Positions 1 to 11,149 of a stretch of 51,479 nucleotides of DNA are shown one piece after another; the stretch's first letter is position 1, and each line of letters starts with the position of its first letter. The position numbers and the translations under genes were made by a program. The notes beneath the pieces were generated by a model. It did not search any database and was not told where the DNA came from. It worked only from the letters and a program-made list of their open reading frames with translations. This DNA comes from Macrostomum lignano (lineage: Eukaryota), in assembly GCA_002269645.1 (NCBI GenBank), contig NIVC01004293.1, positions 1-51,479 of the forward strand. The letters run 5' to 3'.

Positions 1-601
1 AGGTTAGTGAAGAAAAGTCGACTAGCACCTGTTGATTTGGTGAAGGAGGTTAGTGAAGAAAAGTCCGACTAGCACCTGTTGATTTGGTGAAGGTTAGTGA
101 AGAAAAGTCCGACTAGCACCTGTTGATTTGGTGAAGGAGGTTAGTGAAGAAAAGTCCGACTAGCACCTGTTGATTTGGTGAAGGTTAGTGAAGAAAAGTC
201 CGACTAGCACCTGTTGATTTGGTGAAGGTTAGTGAAGAAAAGTCCGACTAGCACCTGTTGATTTGGTGAAGGAGGTTAGTGAAGAAAAGTCCGACTAGCA
301 CATGTTGATTTGGTGAAGGAGGTTAGTGAAGAAAAGTCCGACTAGCACCTGTTGATTTGGTGAAGGAGGTTAGTGAAGAAAAGTCCGACTAGCACATGTT
401 GATTTGGTGAAGGTTAGTGAAGAAAAGTCCGACTAGCACCTGTTGATTTGGTGAAGGTTAGTGAAGAAAAGTCCGACTAGCACCTGTTGATTTGGTGAAG
501 GAGGTTAGTGAAGAAAAGTCCGACTGACCTGTTGATTTGGTGAAGGTTAGTGAAGAAAAGTCCGACTAGCACCTGTTGATTTGGTGAAGGTTAGTGAAGA
601 A
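1..601. repeat. Tandem minisatellite, 44/47-nt unit, about 13 copies, running off the window start
   Basis: Unit aggttagtgaagaaaagtccgactagcacctgttgatttggtga, with an optional extra agg. Confidence 0.97.
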
Positions 602-617
602 AAGTTGGACTTTTCAC

Positions 618-719
618 CTGCTTAGCAGTCTGATCGCCGTAAATTGGACCGGACTCGCCGCCGCCACCGCTGCCTCCTACAGCGCCTTTAGCAAAATGGC
701 GACTGCTCTTCAGACATGA
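618..719 (-). CDS. Candidate first coding exon of an unidentified gene (34 codons, no in-frame ATG)
   Basis: ttttgatccag|TCA...CAG|gtgaaa; open frame SCLKSSRHFAKGAVGGSGGGGESGPIYGDQTAKQ; GC-rich like the other exons; phase 0-0. Confidence 0.4.
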
Positions 720-995
720 CTGGATCAAAAATCAGTAACTGCTATTTTATAGCTGGATTAAAAACTCGGCAGACAGTAAGCTGAAATGAATATAGGATCT
801 ATTGTAAAAAACGTTGCTGTTTTTACAACTGCCTCACAGAAGGCCAAGTTAACAACTAGTGGGACAACTGCAGGGGCTTCAGACGCAATTAGGTTTTCCC
901 ACAAAGCTAAAGTCATTTTATTTTTATTACAGGCAGGGGGTTGTGTGCACCCTGGCGCACTTTAAGCGACATAGGCACACAACCGGCGAGAGGCA

Positions 996-1277
996 TTGCT
1001 GCCCATTCCGCCGACTCCCCTGAGCAGGCATACAAGCGCGCGGATACGTACGCAGGCACACACTCACACAGGAGTGTACAGCGTCCCTAACTTTATATTA
1101 TCGTTAGGCATGTACACTTCACTGCGCCTTGGGGGGTTGGCTCTCAAGGCCGTTAATTGCACGAGCAGAGCCAAGCCGAGATTCCAATTCAGCCCCAAAT
1201 TAATGTGACTGCACTTGGAATCGAGCCTGGGTCGCTGGCACACCAGAGCAGCTGCGCTACCGCTGGGCTACGGCCCC
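996..1277 (-). mobile_element. tRNA-derived SINE
   Basis: Minus strand starts ggggccgtagcccagcggtagcgc (A box), then ggctcgattcc (B box-like). Body recurs at 3465-3562. Confidence 0.65.
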
Positions 1278-1529
1278 CTAAGCTAAAGTCCCAGTAGATT
1301 TATCAATAATAGTCAAATGACAGTAAATAGAGTCTAAAATAACTAGCCAACATTCAATGTATATTTACTATATGAATTATTTATAGAAACAGTCGAATCG
1401 GACAACATTCGATATTTAGCTATTCGCATCTGGTTACAAGAGCGCGAACACGGTCGTCTTATTTGGTACTGCAGTCTGATACAAAGTACAGTGTTAAAAC
1501 AAAAGGCTTGGAAAATATAACCGAACAAA

Positions 1530-2609
1530 CTAGGACCTTCTAGGCGGCTGCGGCTGCACATTCACTGGGACGCAGGGTGTCACCTCAGCCGACCAGTCGT
1601 CCAGTTCAATAGCCAGGCACACCTGCAGCTGTGCGGCGTCTGTCCACTGCGGACAAGTCACCTGCAGCTGGGTGGACAGCTCGTACACTCCGTCTGAGGC
1701 GTCAATCTCCGTCCAGTGCGCGTCAGCCGGCGCCCAGACGACGCGCCGCCTGTCGGGCAGGCGGAGCCAGACGCGGACCCGGTCTGGCCTCGGGCAGTGG
1801 CGCAGACGGGCCCTGACTGGCACCGGCAGCGGCAGGCCGGCGGGAATCGCCGATTCTCCTCTACGCCGGACAGCGTCGTCGGTTCGAGCAGCGCGGCCGA
1901 AAAGCGGCCCAGCCCGGCTGGCAGCGGGTCGGGCAGAAGCGGCGGCGTCGGCAACGTCACCCCGCTAGACGACGATGCGGCGATCTGCCGGCGCAGCCGG
2001 ACCAGACAGTCAACTGTCTCGGCGTGCTGGCCGCTGTACAGCAGCTGCAGGCGGTAGGTGATAGCGACAGCGTCCGGGCACGTCGATGACGACGTTGGCG
2101 AGGCCAGCGCCGCGGCCAGTCGGCACCAGTCGTGAGCGAATGCGGCCCGACCGGCCAGAGCCGGAGTTAGTCGGGCCAGTCTGGCCAAATCAGCCAGCAG
2201 AGGCCGCAACCGACGCCGTCCGGAGGCCGCCGACTGCAGCTCGGCGCGCACCTTGGCCAGAGTGGCGGCGAAGAACTCTTCGTTGTTGACAGACACGGCG
2301 GCGGTAATGGGCGGGGCGGAGGCCAGAGCGGGCAGGGCGGGAGTGAGGCTCGGCAGGGCGGCTCTCATGTAGGCGTAGTGCCGTTTAGCGTAAGGCGGGA
2401 GCAGGGCGCGCAACTGTGGCAGCCTGGCTGTGGCATTGAGCACAGCCAGGAGCACGGCCGTGTAAGCCGGGTCCTCCTTCATCGGCTCGGCGCCCTGCAG
2501 ATACGGGTGCAGACAGAGCAGGTCGGCGATCGCCAGCTGCAGTAGGCCGCTGTGACGCCGGCCAACAGCGGCTGAGCAGCGCCAGACGCAATGCCTATCG
2601 GCGGGGTAC
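1530..2609 (-). CDS. INTS4: Integrator complex subunit 4, exon 2 (one frameshift near 1842-1844)
   Basis: YPADRHCVWRC, EPMKEDPAYTAVLLAVLNA and RHYAYMRAALPSLTPAL match INTS4 YPTDRDSIWKC, EPDMDDPAYIAVLVLIFNA and RHYAYLRDSLSHLVPAL. C-terminal domain continues in ORF 1530..1823. Acceptor cattgcccag|G at 2610. Confidence 0.9.
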
Positions 2610-2979
2610 CTGGGCAATGAAAGTGATGGGGGAATCGTTGGATGCTAAAAATGCCTTACTGGCGCCCTGTACTATAGACATTATATCTGCGCTGTATATT
2701 AGTTAGTTTATAGTTAGAGCCAGGGGCTGTGTGCAACCTCGCGCACTTTAAGTGACATTCGGTGCACGAAATTAGCCAGCCGAAAAGTTGCCAGTCGAGA
2801 AAAGTTGCAGCTTTGAAAATACCAGCTCAAACACCAGCTTATAATCAATTATATAAGAGCTAAAGTTATCTAATACATTTATACCTATAATAAAAACGAA
2901 AACTGTGTTGTATCTGTGTACAAATTTGTTCGCTATGGACTCCCAAACCGCTCAACCAAATGACACCAAATAAGAGAAA

Positions 2980-3147
2980 ATATGGAAGATAAGAGGAGAG
3001 AAGAGAGAGGAGAGAAATAGAGAGAGAGAGAAGAGAGAGGACAGAAGTAGAGAGAGAGAAGAGAGAGGAGAGAAGAGAGAGGAGAGGAGAGAAGAGAGAG
3101 AGAAGAGGAGAGAGGAGAGAAGAGAGGGGAGAGAATAGAAGAGAGAG
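2980..3147. repeat. Purine-only GA low-complexity tract in the INTS4 intron
   Basis: About 165 nt almost entirely G/A on the plus strand. Confidence 0.9.
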
Positions 3148-3464
3148 GAGTTCCAAATGCATCAAATCCTAATTTAACACGCATTTACTCCAATTTTTTT
3201 ACCTCTATCCTCTATTAACAAGCTTTTGTTTGAGTATGCCTTCAGATTTAAGAATGCATGCTAAAATACTCGTAGTTCCGGGATTCGAATTTAGCGGGTT
3301 CGAAATCCGCGGGTTTCGACAGATTGTATAAAAAATAAATATATATGATACACTTTAGCTCTGATATATGATTATTATTGCATAACTTAGACGGCTGCTG
3401 AAATTCTGAGCTGGTACTTTCCTTGCTGCAATTTTTCTCGGCTGGCGAAGTTCGTACACTCGCA

Positions 3465-3562
3465 TTACTGCTCATTCCGCTGACTTCCCTAAGCAGGCAC
3501 ACAAGAGCGCGGATACGTACGCAGTCATACGCACCGGCACACACTCACACAGGAGTGTACAG
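3465..3562 (-). mobile_element. Truncated copy of the SINE body seen at 996-1082
   Basis: Shares gcgcggatacgtacgcag and gcacacactcacacaggagtgtacagc with 1016-1082. Confidence 0.7.
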
Positions 3563-3593
3563 CTTAAATCAGCAGTCTTCTATTTACTCGTAC

Positions 3594-5429
3594 CTAGCCA
3601 GATTATCCAGCAGGCCGGCCAGCAAAGTCCGCAAGCAGTCGGTGTCTGCCAGGCCGCAGCCAGCCAGCAGATCGCGGAGACCGCGCCGCAGCTCGGCGTT
3701 GTCCTCTTTGAGCGCGGCCAGACACACGTGCAGCTGCGGACCGGCTAGTTGGAAGTCGGCCAGCCGGGCCAGAGCTCGGACAGCGGCCAGCCGGACGGCA
3801 TGAATGTCGTCGGCGAGCATGTCCACCAGGACGTCGGCGCACTGGTCGGCAAAGGCCGGACAGCGTTCGGCAAGTCGGCCAGCGGAGCGAACTGCTGCGG
3901 CACGGACAGCGGAGCTCTCGTCTTCGAACCCGTTGACAAAAGCGCCGGAGGAGCCCAGGCTGAGCAGCGTGACGTCCTTCAGCTCGACGTCGCCAATGGG
4001 AGCGCCGGCGCGTCGATCTCGCTGACGCTGCTGCGCTGCAGGTCGTTTGGCCGGCGTCGAAGGCGTAGGTCGGTCATTACCTGGCGATCGAGAGTCGCCG
4101 CCAGCTCGGCCTCGGAGACGCGGCCGGCCAGGCGGCCGAGGGCACGGGCAGCGCGGACTCGAACTAGTGGACTGGCATCTTGCATGGCGCCGGCCAGGCG
4201 ACGAAACGCCGCGTCGCCAGCGTCGATAGCATCGGCATCGGCAACGCCCTCGGAGGAGACGACTGAGGTGGTGGCATCGGGGTCTTCAGCGTCGGCAGCG
4301 GCGACAGCGGCAGCCAAGGCGATGTCGACGCAGACAGCGCGAACAGCGGGATCGTCGTCAGCGTCCATGGCGTTGTGCGCCAGCTCCAGCGGCACGGGAG
4401 AATCGCCGGCGGTGAGCGACGAGGCTCGGCGCAGCCAGGCCAGATGGCAGGCGTGGGCGGCCCAGCGCACCCGGGGATCCTCGTGGCCAGTCATGAAGCC
4501 GGCCAGCTCAGCGCTGGTGACTCGCGGCGGCAGGAGGCGATCGCGCGGCGACATCGCCCTGCCAGCGAGCACCAGGCCGTGGGCCACCAGCCGGGGATCT
4601 GGCCGGCTGACCATGGCCGCTAGCAGGCGGTGCAGCCGCTCAACCAGCGTCGATGACGCCAGGAGGCCCGGACAGTGGATGAGGAGTCGCCGGATGCAGT
4701 CGAGGCCGCACAGCGTCAAGCCAACCGACGCGGCATCTTCGCCAACGGCGACAGACGACGATGAAGTCAAAGTGCCTGATGGTCGACTGGCGGACGCGCT
4801 GGTCGATGAAGGCGCCGACAAGTCGAGCAGTATGTCCAGGAAGCAGCGAAGACACTCCTCGGCGCACGCATCGACACTGTCATCCGACTTGTCGCTGGTG
4901 CTGTTTTCGTCACTGTCGGGCATCGTTGCTGTCGTCAACATGAGCAGCGCAAGCTCCTGGCAGAGGTCTCGACCGTCGGTGTGTCGACGCGAGCCGACAG
5001 GCGGCGCAGCAAATCGGCCAAGCTTTGGATCAATCGGTGCCGTTTCAGACGCGCCAGGACGGTTTGCGCTAGCCGATGCAGCGCAGAAATTCTTGCGCTA
5101 GGCGACATGAGTGGAACAACGTCGCCCCCGCCGCTGGTGTCCACATCGTGCTGACTGAGCAGCAGATCTGCAGTAGCTTCTAGCCTGTCATCAAGCACCG
5201 ACTGCAACAGCTGCTGCTCAAACTGGACGCTGACTGACCCAAGAGAAATGTCATCGTCAATGAGCATCAATGCGGGGTTGGCCATTGACATAGATGAAGA
5301 TGCTGCAGAGGCAGCTCCAGTAGTGTTCAAGCCAGTGCTAAGCTTGAGTCGCTTAGGAGCTGGCTGCTCAAGTTCAACCACTTCAGTCTCAGTCAGGCTG
5401 AGTGTTGGCACCTCTGGACTGGCTGCCAT
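3594..5429 (-). CDS. INTS4: Integrator complex subunit 4, exon 1 (frameshifts near 4972-4975 and 4000-4003)
   Basis: HEAT-repeat motifs AFRRLAGAMQDASPLVRVRAARALG, TLDRQVMTDLR, GAFVNGFEDE and DVLVDMLADDIHAVRL match INTS4 (AFGKICHMVSDGSWVVRVQAAKLLG, GAFVHGLEDE, DFLVDMFNDEIEEVRL). Donor GCTAG|gtacga at 3593. Restoring three missing bases gives about 972 aa. Confidence 0.9.
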
Positions 5430-5459
5430 AATGGGCTACTAGGCTCAGTTGAGCTTATA

Positions 5460-8400
5460 GAAGCAGGTTTTTTAAGCCAGTAAAATCTCAATGTTCAGAA
5501 TGTGTCATGCAAGTAGATAATAATTTATAGTGGAAAATAAAATGCCCTTATGTGATTTACAATGTCATGGGCTAGCTAATCTACACCATTGACAAATTAG
5601 AATTTTTAATGTATTCATTTTTTAAATATCTGCCCTAAAGGCATATACACTCATAAGCCTAGTTGTATAGAAATGAAGATAGGACCTTTTATGAATTTAT
5701 ATTGGGTAAAACACAAAGTTCTTGCAGTTTCTGAAGTTAAGCCTACAGAAATTTCTAGAAGCTTTGATAAGGTTTTGTGTACAGAGGTATATAAATAATA
5801 TTGACTGATACAGAGCAACCCAAATTCAAGTTTCAACCACAGTGCTATAATACCATTATATATACTTTAAGTACTTCATTTCATAAATAAAGCATATATT
5901 CACAAACTACAAGAACTTTTTGTTTTATCCAATATATTGTATCTGATTAAGATTTACAAAAAATAGGCCTAGTTAGATATAGAAATTTATTTATAAAGCC
6001 AAAGGCTTTTTGTGAAATGAAATAAAAGCAATAGCTAACCTTTTGTGGTTATATTTTATATTGATTTATTTTAATAGTTAGATAACAACTTTCTAAATGA
6101 CTTTTCAGAGCATATCTTTTATAATGACAAACATTTAGTTAAGAAGCTCTATTAAATTATTAATTGAAAAGAATACTAAAAATAGGATGTTTAGATCCAG
6201 CCTATAAAAGAATATACTTAGCGGCTTGTGAAAACGAAGTAAGTTGCAAGTAAGAAAAGTAAAATTTTATTAGCTTTACACGTCAGGTATAAATAAGCAT
6301 GTGATCACATGGGGAAGTGCGCCAAAAAGGTGGCATGATTGAAGGTCGACCCCCCGAATTAGCATATTGGCTGTCTATCTGAGTACACCCACCCCTAGCC
6401 TGGTGGGTAGGGGGTTTCAGTGCAAATGTACTTGCAATTACTGGCTGCGTGTTGATTGGGCTGCCACAATACTTAATATTGATTTTATTAGACTGTTATT
6501 CAACTAAGAAACAACTACCTAGGCCTATTTTAGATTTGGTTATATCTAAAGCATTTAAAAATCAAAACCAAAAGAAAAGTACTATTAATTAAATTCAATT
6601 TTAGCATTAAACTTTTTAAAATTGCAAATACAACTAAAAGTTTAATTTATACAAATTTTTAAAATATTTATGATAAGGTAAGCCTATCCATGCTTTTTGG
6701 TGCTTGTGTTTTATAGTGCCTGGCATTTTGGTGCCCCAGTTTGCTTTTTGATAGGCCTACCTGAATTATAAATTAGAATTAGAACCTAAAATATGAGGTA
6801 GGCCTTATTTTAGCATTGTTCATTTCCTAGAAAGTAGTATATTTGAAACTAGACTATTTTGTTTTAATACGTATAATATTAGTAATATTGTAAATATTTT
6901 AAATATTATGAAATTTTATTTGTTTAAAAGACCAAATTGAGAGGAGTATAAATACACAAGCCGAATAAGAAGGAGAGCAACTTGTGCTTTGCTGGCTTCA
7001 AGCTTAAAACTGTTCTAGTATATTGCTCGATACTTACTGACTTAGTTATTTTAGAAAGCATCAGAAGCCCCAAGATTGGGAGAGTTCAACCCGTTCTTAG
7101 AGAATGAGACAACCAGATCTAGGATCTGAGAAATCGCCTTTAGGAGGCAGAGATCCTACCACAAGGTAGAGAAGCCCAGACTCAGAGTCTAAGAAACCCG
7201 CCTCAGGGAAGAATACCCAGTGAAGTGCGCTGTGACCTTCTGATCCCAGGAATGCCCAGGACTGAGAATAATATCTTTAGAGGAGTATAGGAAAAGGATA
7301 GACAGTGCCTAAAAAGACCACTCAGGCCAGAAAGTACAATAAAAGTATATATGCTACTAATAGACGTGTATATATGCTACTAGTAAAAGGCAAGTAATAA
7401 CCAGCAATATTAACAAGAAGGAATAACCCCTGTAACAACTTTGGTGGCAGCTTTAGAACAGTCAATAATAGGAATTAGAAAAGTAGCCCTACAACAGCTG
7501 GTGGCTAACCGGTGGGATTCTCAGTGTACAGGGAAGAGCACTAGCACAAATAGAAAGTGAGTCTTAATTTAATAATATTTGCTTTGAAATAAAAAATTAA
7601 AATGATTGTTTTTAATTTTGTTAAGCTATGACTTTGTTTCAATCTAGATTTTTTAAGAAATCAAAACATGATCTATGATTGCATGTTACTTCAGAAATCA
7701 AATCAATAATAAAATAAGTTTGTCAAATTTCTGCTAGTTTAGTAACCTAGGATCCCAAAATGCTAGGCAACAAAAAGCATAGAAACCCATGATAAATATG
7801 AATTAAAATTTTATTAAGAGCTATACTAGATACATTTTGACAACTATCTTTAAACAGGCTTAAATCAGACTTTAATTAGTATCATTAATAAGGCCCCCTA
7901 ATAATAATGATACTGGCTCTTACTCAGGGATTTCAACTACAAATAGGATGTAAAGTTGTTGGCCTATCTAAGATCTAGTTTTAAGATATAATTAGGGCAA
8001 TGTCTTTGTTTCTAAGGCCTACATTAAATTAGTTTGACACAAAATTGCAAAAAATGAACCTTTGTTTGGATCAACATAATGTGGATTATAATTGATAAAA
8101 GAATGGTCAGTTACAAAATACAAAATAAACAAAAATCAATAAAAATAATTTAATGTGGGGAACTAGGCCTAGGCTAGAATAGAACATAGCCTAATTGAAC
8201 TAAATCCAAGAATAAAATAAAGGTAATTAAAATTTTCCTTTTATAGAAAGAAAAATTAAAAACAAGATTTGATATTATAATTTAAATATAGGCCTAGGCC
8301 TAATCCAATGTCTAATTTTAGGATGCAATTTAGAAAATAATGATGTTAGGCATAGGGGCTTATATAGCTGGCTACAGCATAGCATAGGCTATTAGGTTAG

Positions 8401-8870
8401 GCTTATACATGAAAACAAGCTTTTAATAAAATAAATCTACATTCCTATAAAATGTATACGCCTAGACTAGACTAGATACTTATACAAGCATAAAAATACA
8501 GGGTGGCTCAAGTACTGTGCCTGATTTAATTTAAAGTGTAGTTAGACCTAGCCGCCTAGGTGCTAAGCCCTAGGCCTAGCTAGTAGCTAGGCCTCGAGAC
8601 TAGACTAGGCCCTATTTAGTTAGCTAGGGACTACATTTTTTATTTGAGATAGGCTTATTTAAACTTTACATAAAATATAATTATCATAATATATTGATTT
8701 TGCATTATTTCATCAGTTACATAACTAATTCAGCTAAATGGTGTCAAGCTTAATATGACTTGGCACCCAGAAGTTGCGCACGACTGCCAGCTAAATAGGC
8801 CTACTAATGAAATCTTATTTATTTTTAGGAAATTCATCCTGCATAGGCTTTATATTAGAGTTAGAGAGGG
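5460..8870. other. AT-rich, CpG-depleted, CTAG-rich domain
   Basis: By eye about 20 CG in 3.4 kb, none found in 5460-6215 or 7520-8450. Dense ctag/cctagg/aggcct words at 8160-8630. Confidence 0.85.
7050..7520 (+). mobile_element. Degenerate LTR-like segment ending in tRNA-Leu-like primer binding sites
   Basis: aataaa at about 7339; tgtaacaac|tttggtggcagc (7431-7451) and tacaacagc|tggtggctaaccggtgggattc (7490-7520) resemble the PBS TGGTGGCAGCGGTGGGATTC. Confidence 0.45.
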
Positions 8871-9189
8871 ATCGAAACAGATTTTTTATTAAAGTCGAAA
8901 TAGAATTTATTTGTTAGAATTTTCAGAATTTAAAATCGAAATCGAAAATTTTAAACATTGCTTGCTACTGGTAGTAGTGCAATCGGGCCAATCTAAAGCA
9001 AAGGACAAAGACCCAAAATTTTCTTGACTAGGCCATTGTATTTTAACAGTTTTACTGAGTACAATACACGATACTGACATCATTGATCGGACTGCAGGAC
9101 TGCCCTCACAGAACGAAAGGCAGCCCAGGCAAGTCCGCGGCGACGCCGCAAATCCTTGCGGACGCCGGGAACCAGACCGCCGAGGTAGA

Positions 9190-9740
9190 CGAACTGCTGA
9201 CAACGCGGAAGCTCTGTTGCCTGTCCATCAGCGCCTTGGCCCAAAATCGCAGCCTCGATAGATGTCGTCCGGCACGCAAAGCATGACGGTTTTCTGCGTG
9301 TTGATCACCAGGCCGATACTCGCCGCAACAGCAACTAGCTTGTCCAGTTGTCGCTGGGCGCCCTTGACAGTTGAGGACAGCAGGGCGAGATCGTCGGCGT
9401 AGCCAAGCAAGCTGAGCCGCCTCTCCAGTTGACGTCGACCCACGCCGTCGTCGTTGGTAGGAAGAGCGGTCCGCAGCACCCAGTAAAGCACCAGAACGAA
9501 CAGGAACGGCGCAGGCGTATCTTCCTGAAGCACCCGGAGGATGTCTCAAAGAAGTCCGATAGGCCGTCCGGTGTTGAAACAGCAGCTTTCGTATCACGGT
9601 ACATCGCCATGGCCCATGATGGCGTAAATCAGCTGCTCTGGCACATGTATGCGTACGGAGCACCTTTGGGAGCACAGACCTGACGACCGAGTCGAAAGCC
9701 TTCTTGAATTATATGAGGATAACAATCAGGATCGACTGAT
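9190..9740 (-). mobile_element. Non-LTR retrotransposon reverse transcriptase fragment (RTE-like), frameshifted
   Basis: FKKAFDSV, MYRDTKAAVSTPDGLSDFFETSSG, LQEDTPAPFLF, LLGYADDLALL and GLVINTQKT spread across several frames. Confidence 0.9.
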
Positions 9741-9864
9741 TGCCAGAGGGCGGCCTCATCCACAGCCAGTGCTGTAGAGGGCACAGAGACTGTTGCCTCA
9801 TCCGCAGCCAGGGCTTCATGTTCACTCATCTTCTTTCAATACGATTAGCTGATTAAAGTTTAAG

Positions 9865-10325
9865 TACACCACAGCTTCTGGCAAAGCGGGCACCACAGTT
9901 TCAGGCAAAGCGCGGGCACCACAGCTTCTAGCAAATCGGGCACCACAGCTTCTGGCAAATCGGGCACCACAGCTTCTGGCAAAGCGGGCACCACAGCTTC
10001 TGGCAAATCGGGCACCACAGCTTCTGGCAAGGCGGGCACCACAGCTTCTGGCAAAGCGGGCACCACAGCTTCTGGCAAATCGGGCACCACAGCTTCTGGC
10101 AAATCGGGCACCACAGCTTCTGGCAAAGCACGGGCACCACAGCTTCTGGCAAATCGGGCACCACAGCTTCTGGCAAATCGGGCACCACAGTTTCGGGCAA
10201 AGCGCGGGCACCACAGCTTCTGGCAAATCGGGCACCACAGCTTCTGGCAAAGCGGGAACCACAGTTTCGGGCAAAGCGGGCACCACAGTTTCGGGCAAAG
10301 CGGGCACCACAGCTTCTGGCAAAGC
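9865..10325. repeat. Minisatellite, 24-nt unit (26-nt variants), about 19 copies
   Basis: gggcaccacagcttctggcaaa(t/g)c. Confidence 0.95.
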
Positions 10326-10619
10326 TGCATGGCAGCACAGCTGTTACATGTATATGAGCATATGACTATAACTACTTGGGCGCTGTAGCAGCTGCTGCTG
10401 CTTCTCCAATAGCGACATAAGCTGCTGCTGCTGGCGGCGCAGTCTCTCTTTCTCCCTCTTATTCTTTTACCGAGAGCAGCGATTTGGTGGGCTTCAGGCT
10501 GCCGCTGCCGCTGCCGCTGATGAAACGCTGCGGCGGCGGGGCTGTCGGCGGATAATTTGTGGCAAGCAGCTTCCGTCGCCTTCGCCTTTTTGCGGCCTTT
10601 GATGGCCGAAAAAGTGCTG

Positions 10620-10760
10620 CCTCATCCACAGCTGCTGTGGAGGGCGCAGAGACTGCTGTCTCATCCGCAGACACTGCTGTGGAGGGCACAGAGACTGCTG
10701 CCTTGTCCGCAGCCAGTGCTTCATGTTCACTCATCTTCATCTTTCAATACGATTAGCTGA
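10620..10760. repeat. Duplicate of 9760-9858 flanking the minisatellite
   Basis: Both contain gagactg...tccgcagcca and ttcatgttcactcatcttc...tttcaatacgattagctga. Confidence 0.85.
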
Positions 10761-11149
10761 GAAAAGCAGGATATCCGTTAGCTGCTGTTGCTGCTTTAGT
10801 GCTGGAGCTGCTGCTGCTGTGGCAAGTTGGTAGAGGTTTTTAGCACGCTTCGTTGTTATAGCGAGAAGGGCCATTTTATTGGGAGAAGGCGGGCTCCCAA
10901 ACCCATTGGAGGCGGGCTCCCAAACCCATTGGAGGCGGGCTCCCGAACCCATGAAATCGGGACATTGTCCGAAAATTGGGACATTCTGTTGATGCTGATG
11001 GCTGCTGATGAGTGCAGGTCCATGTCTATGATTTATACATGGCTTTACTTTAGGAATATGGAAGCTAAAAGTACCCGAAGCTGCTGCAGCAGCAGCTGGG
11101 CCTTCGAAGCCATACCTTCAAAGTAGCGCCATATGCAGCGACCCAACGC

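Noticed and set aside
1205-1277. tRNA gene (also 36960-37031)
   Set aside because: A and B boxes are present, but I could not fold a complete cloverleaf and both continue into repeat bodies; treated as SINE heads.
3749-5101. 450-aa plus-strand ORF, and similar antisense ORFs over INTS4, SSX2IP, ARFGAP1 and DNPH1
   Set aside because: Shadow ORFs of GC-rich coding sequence on the opposite strand; no recognisable domain.
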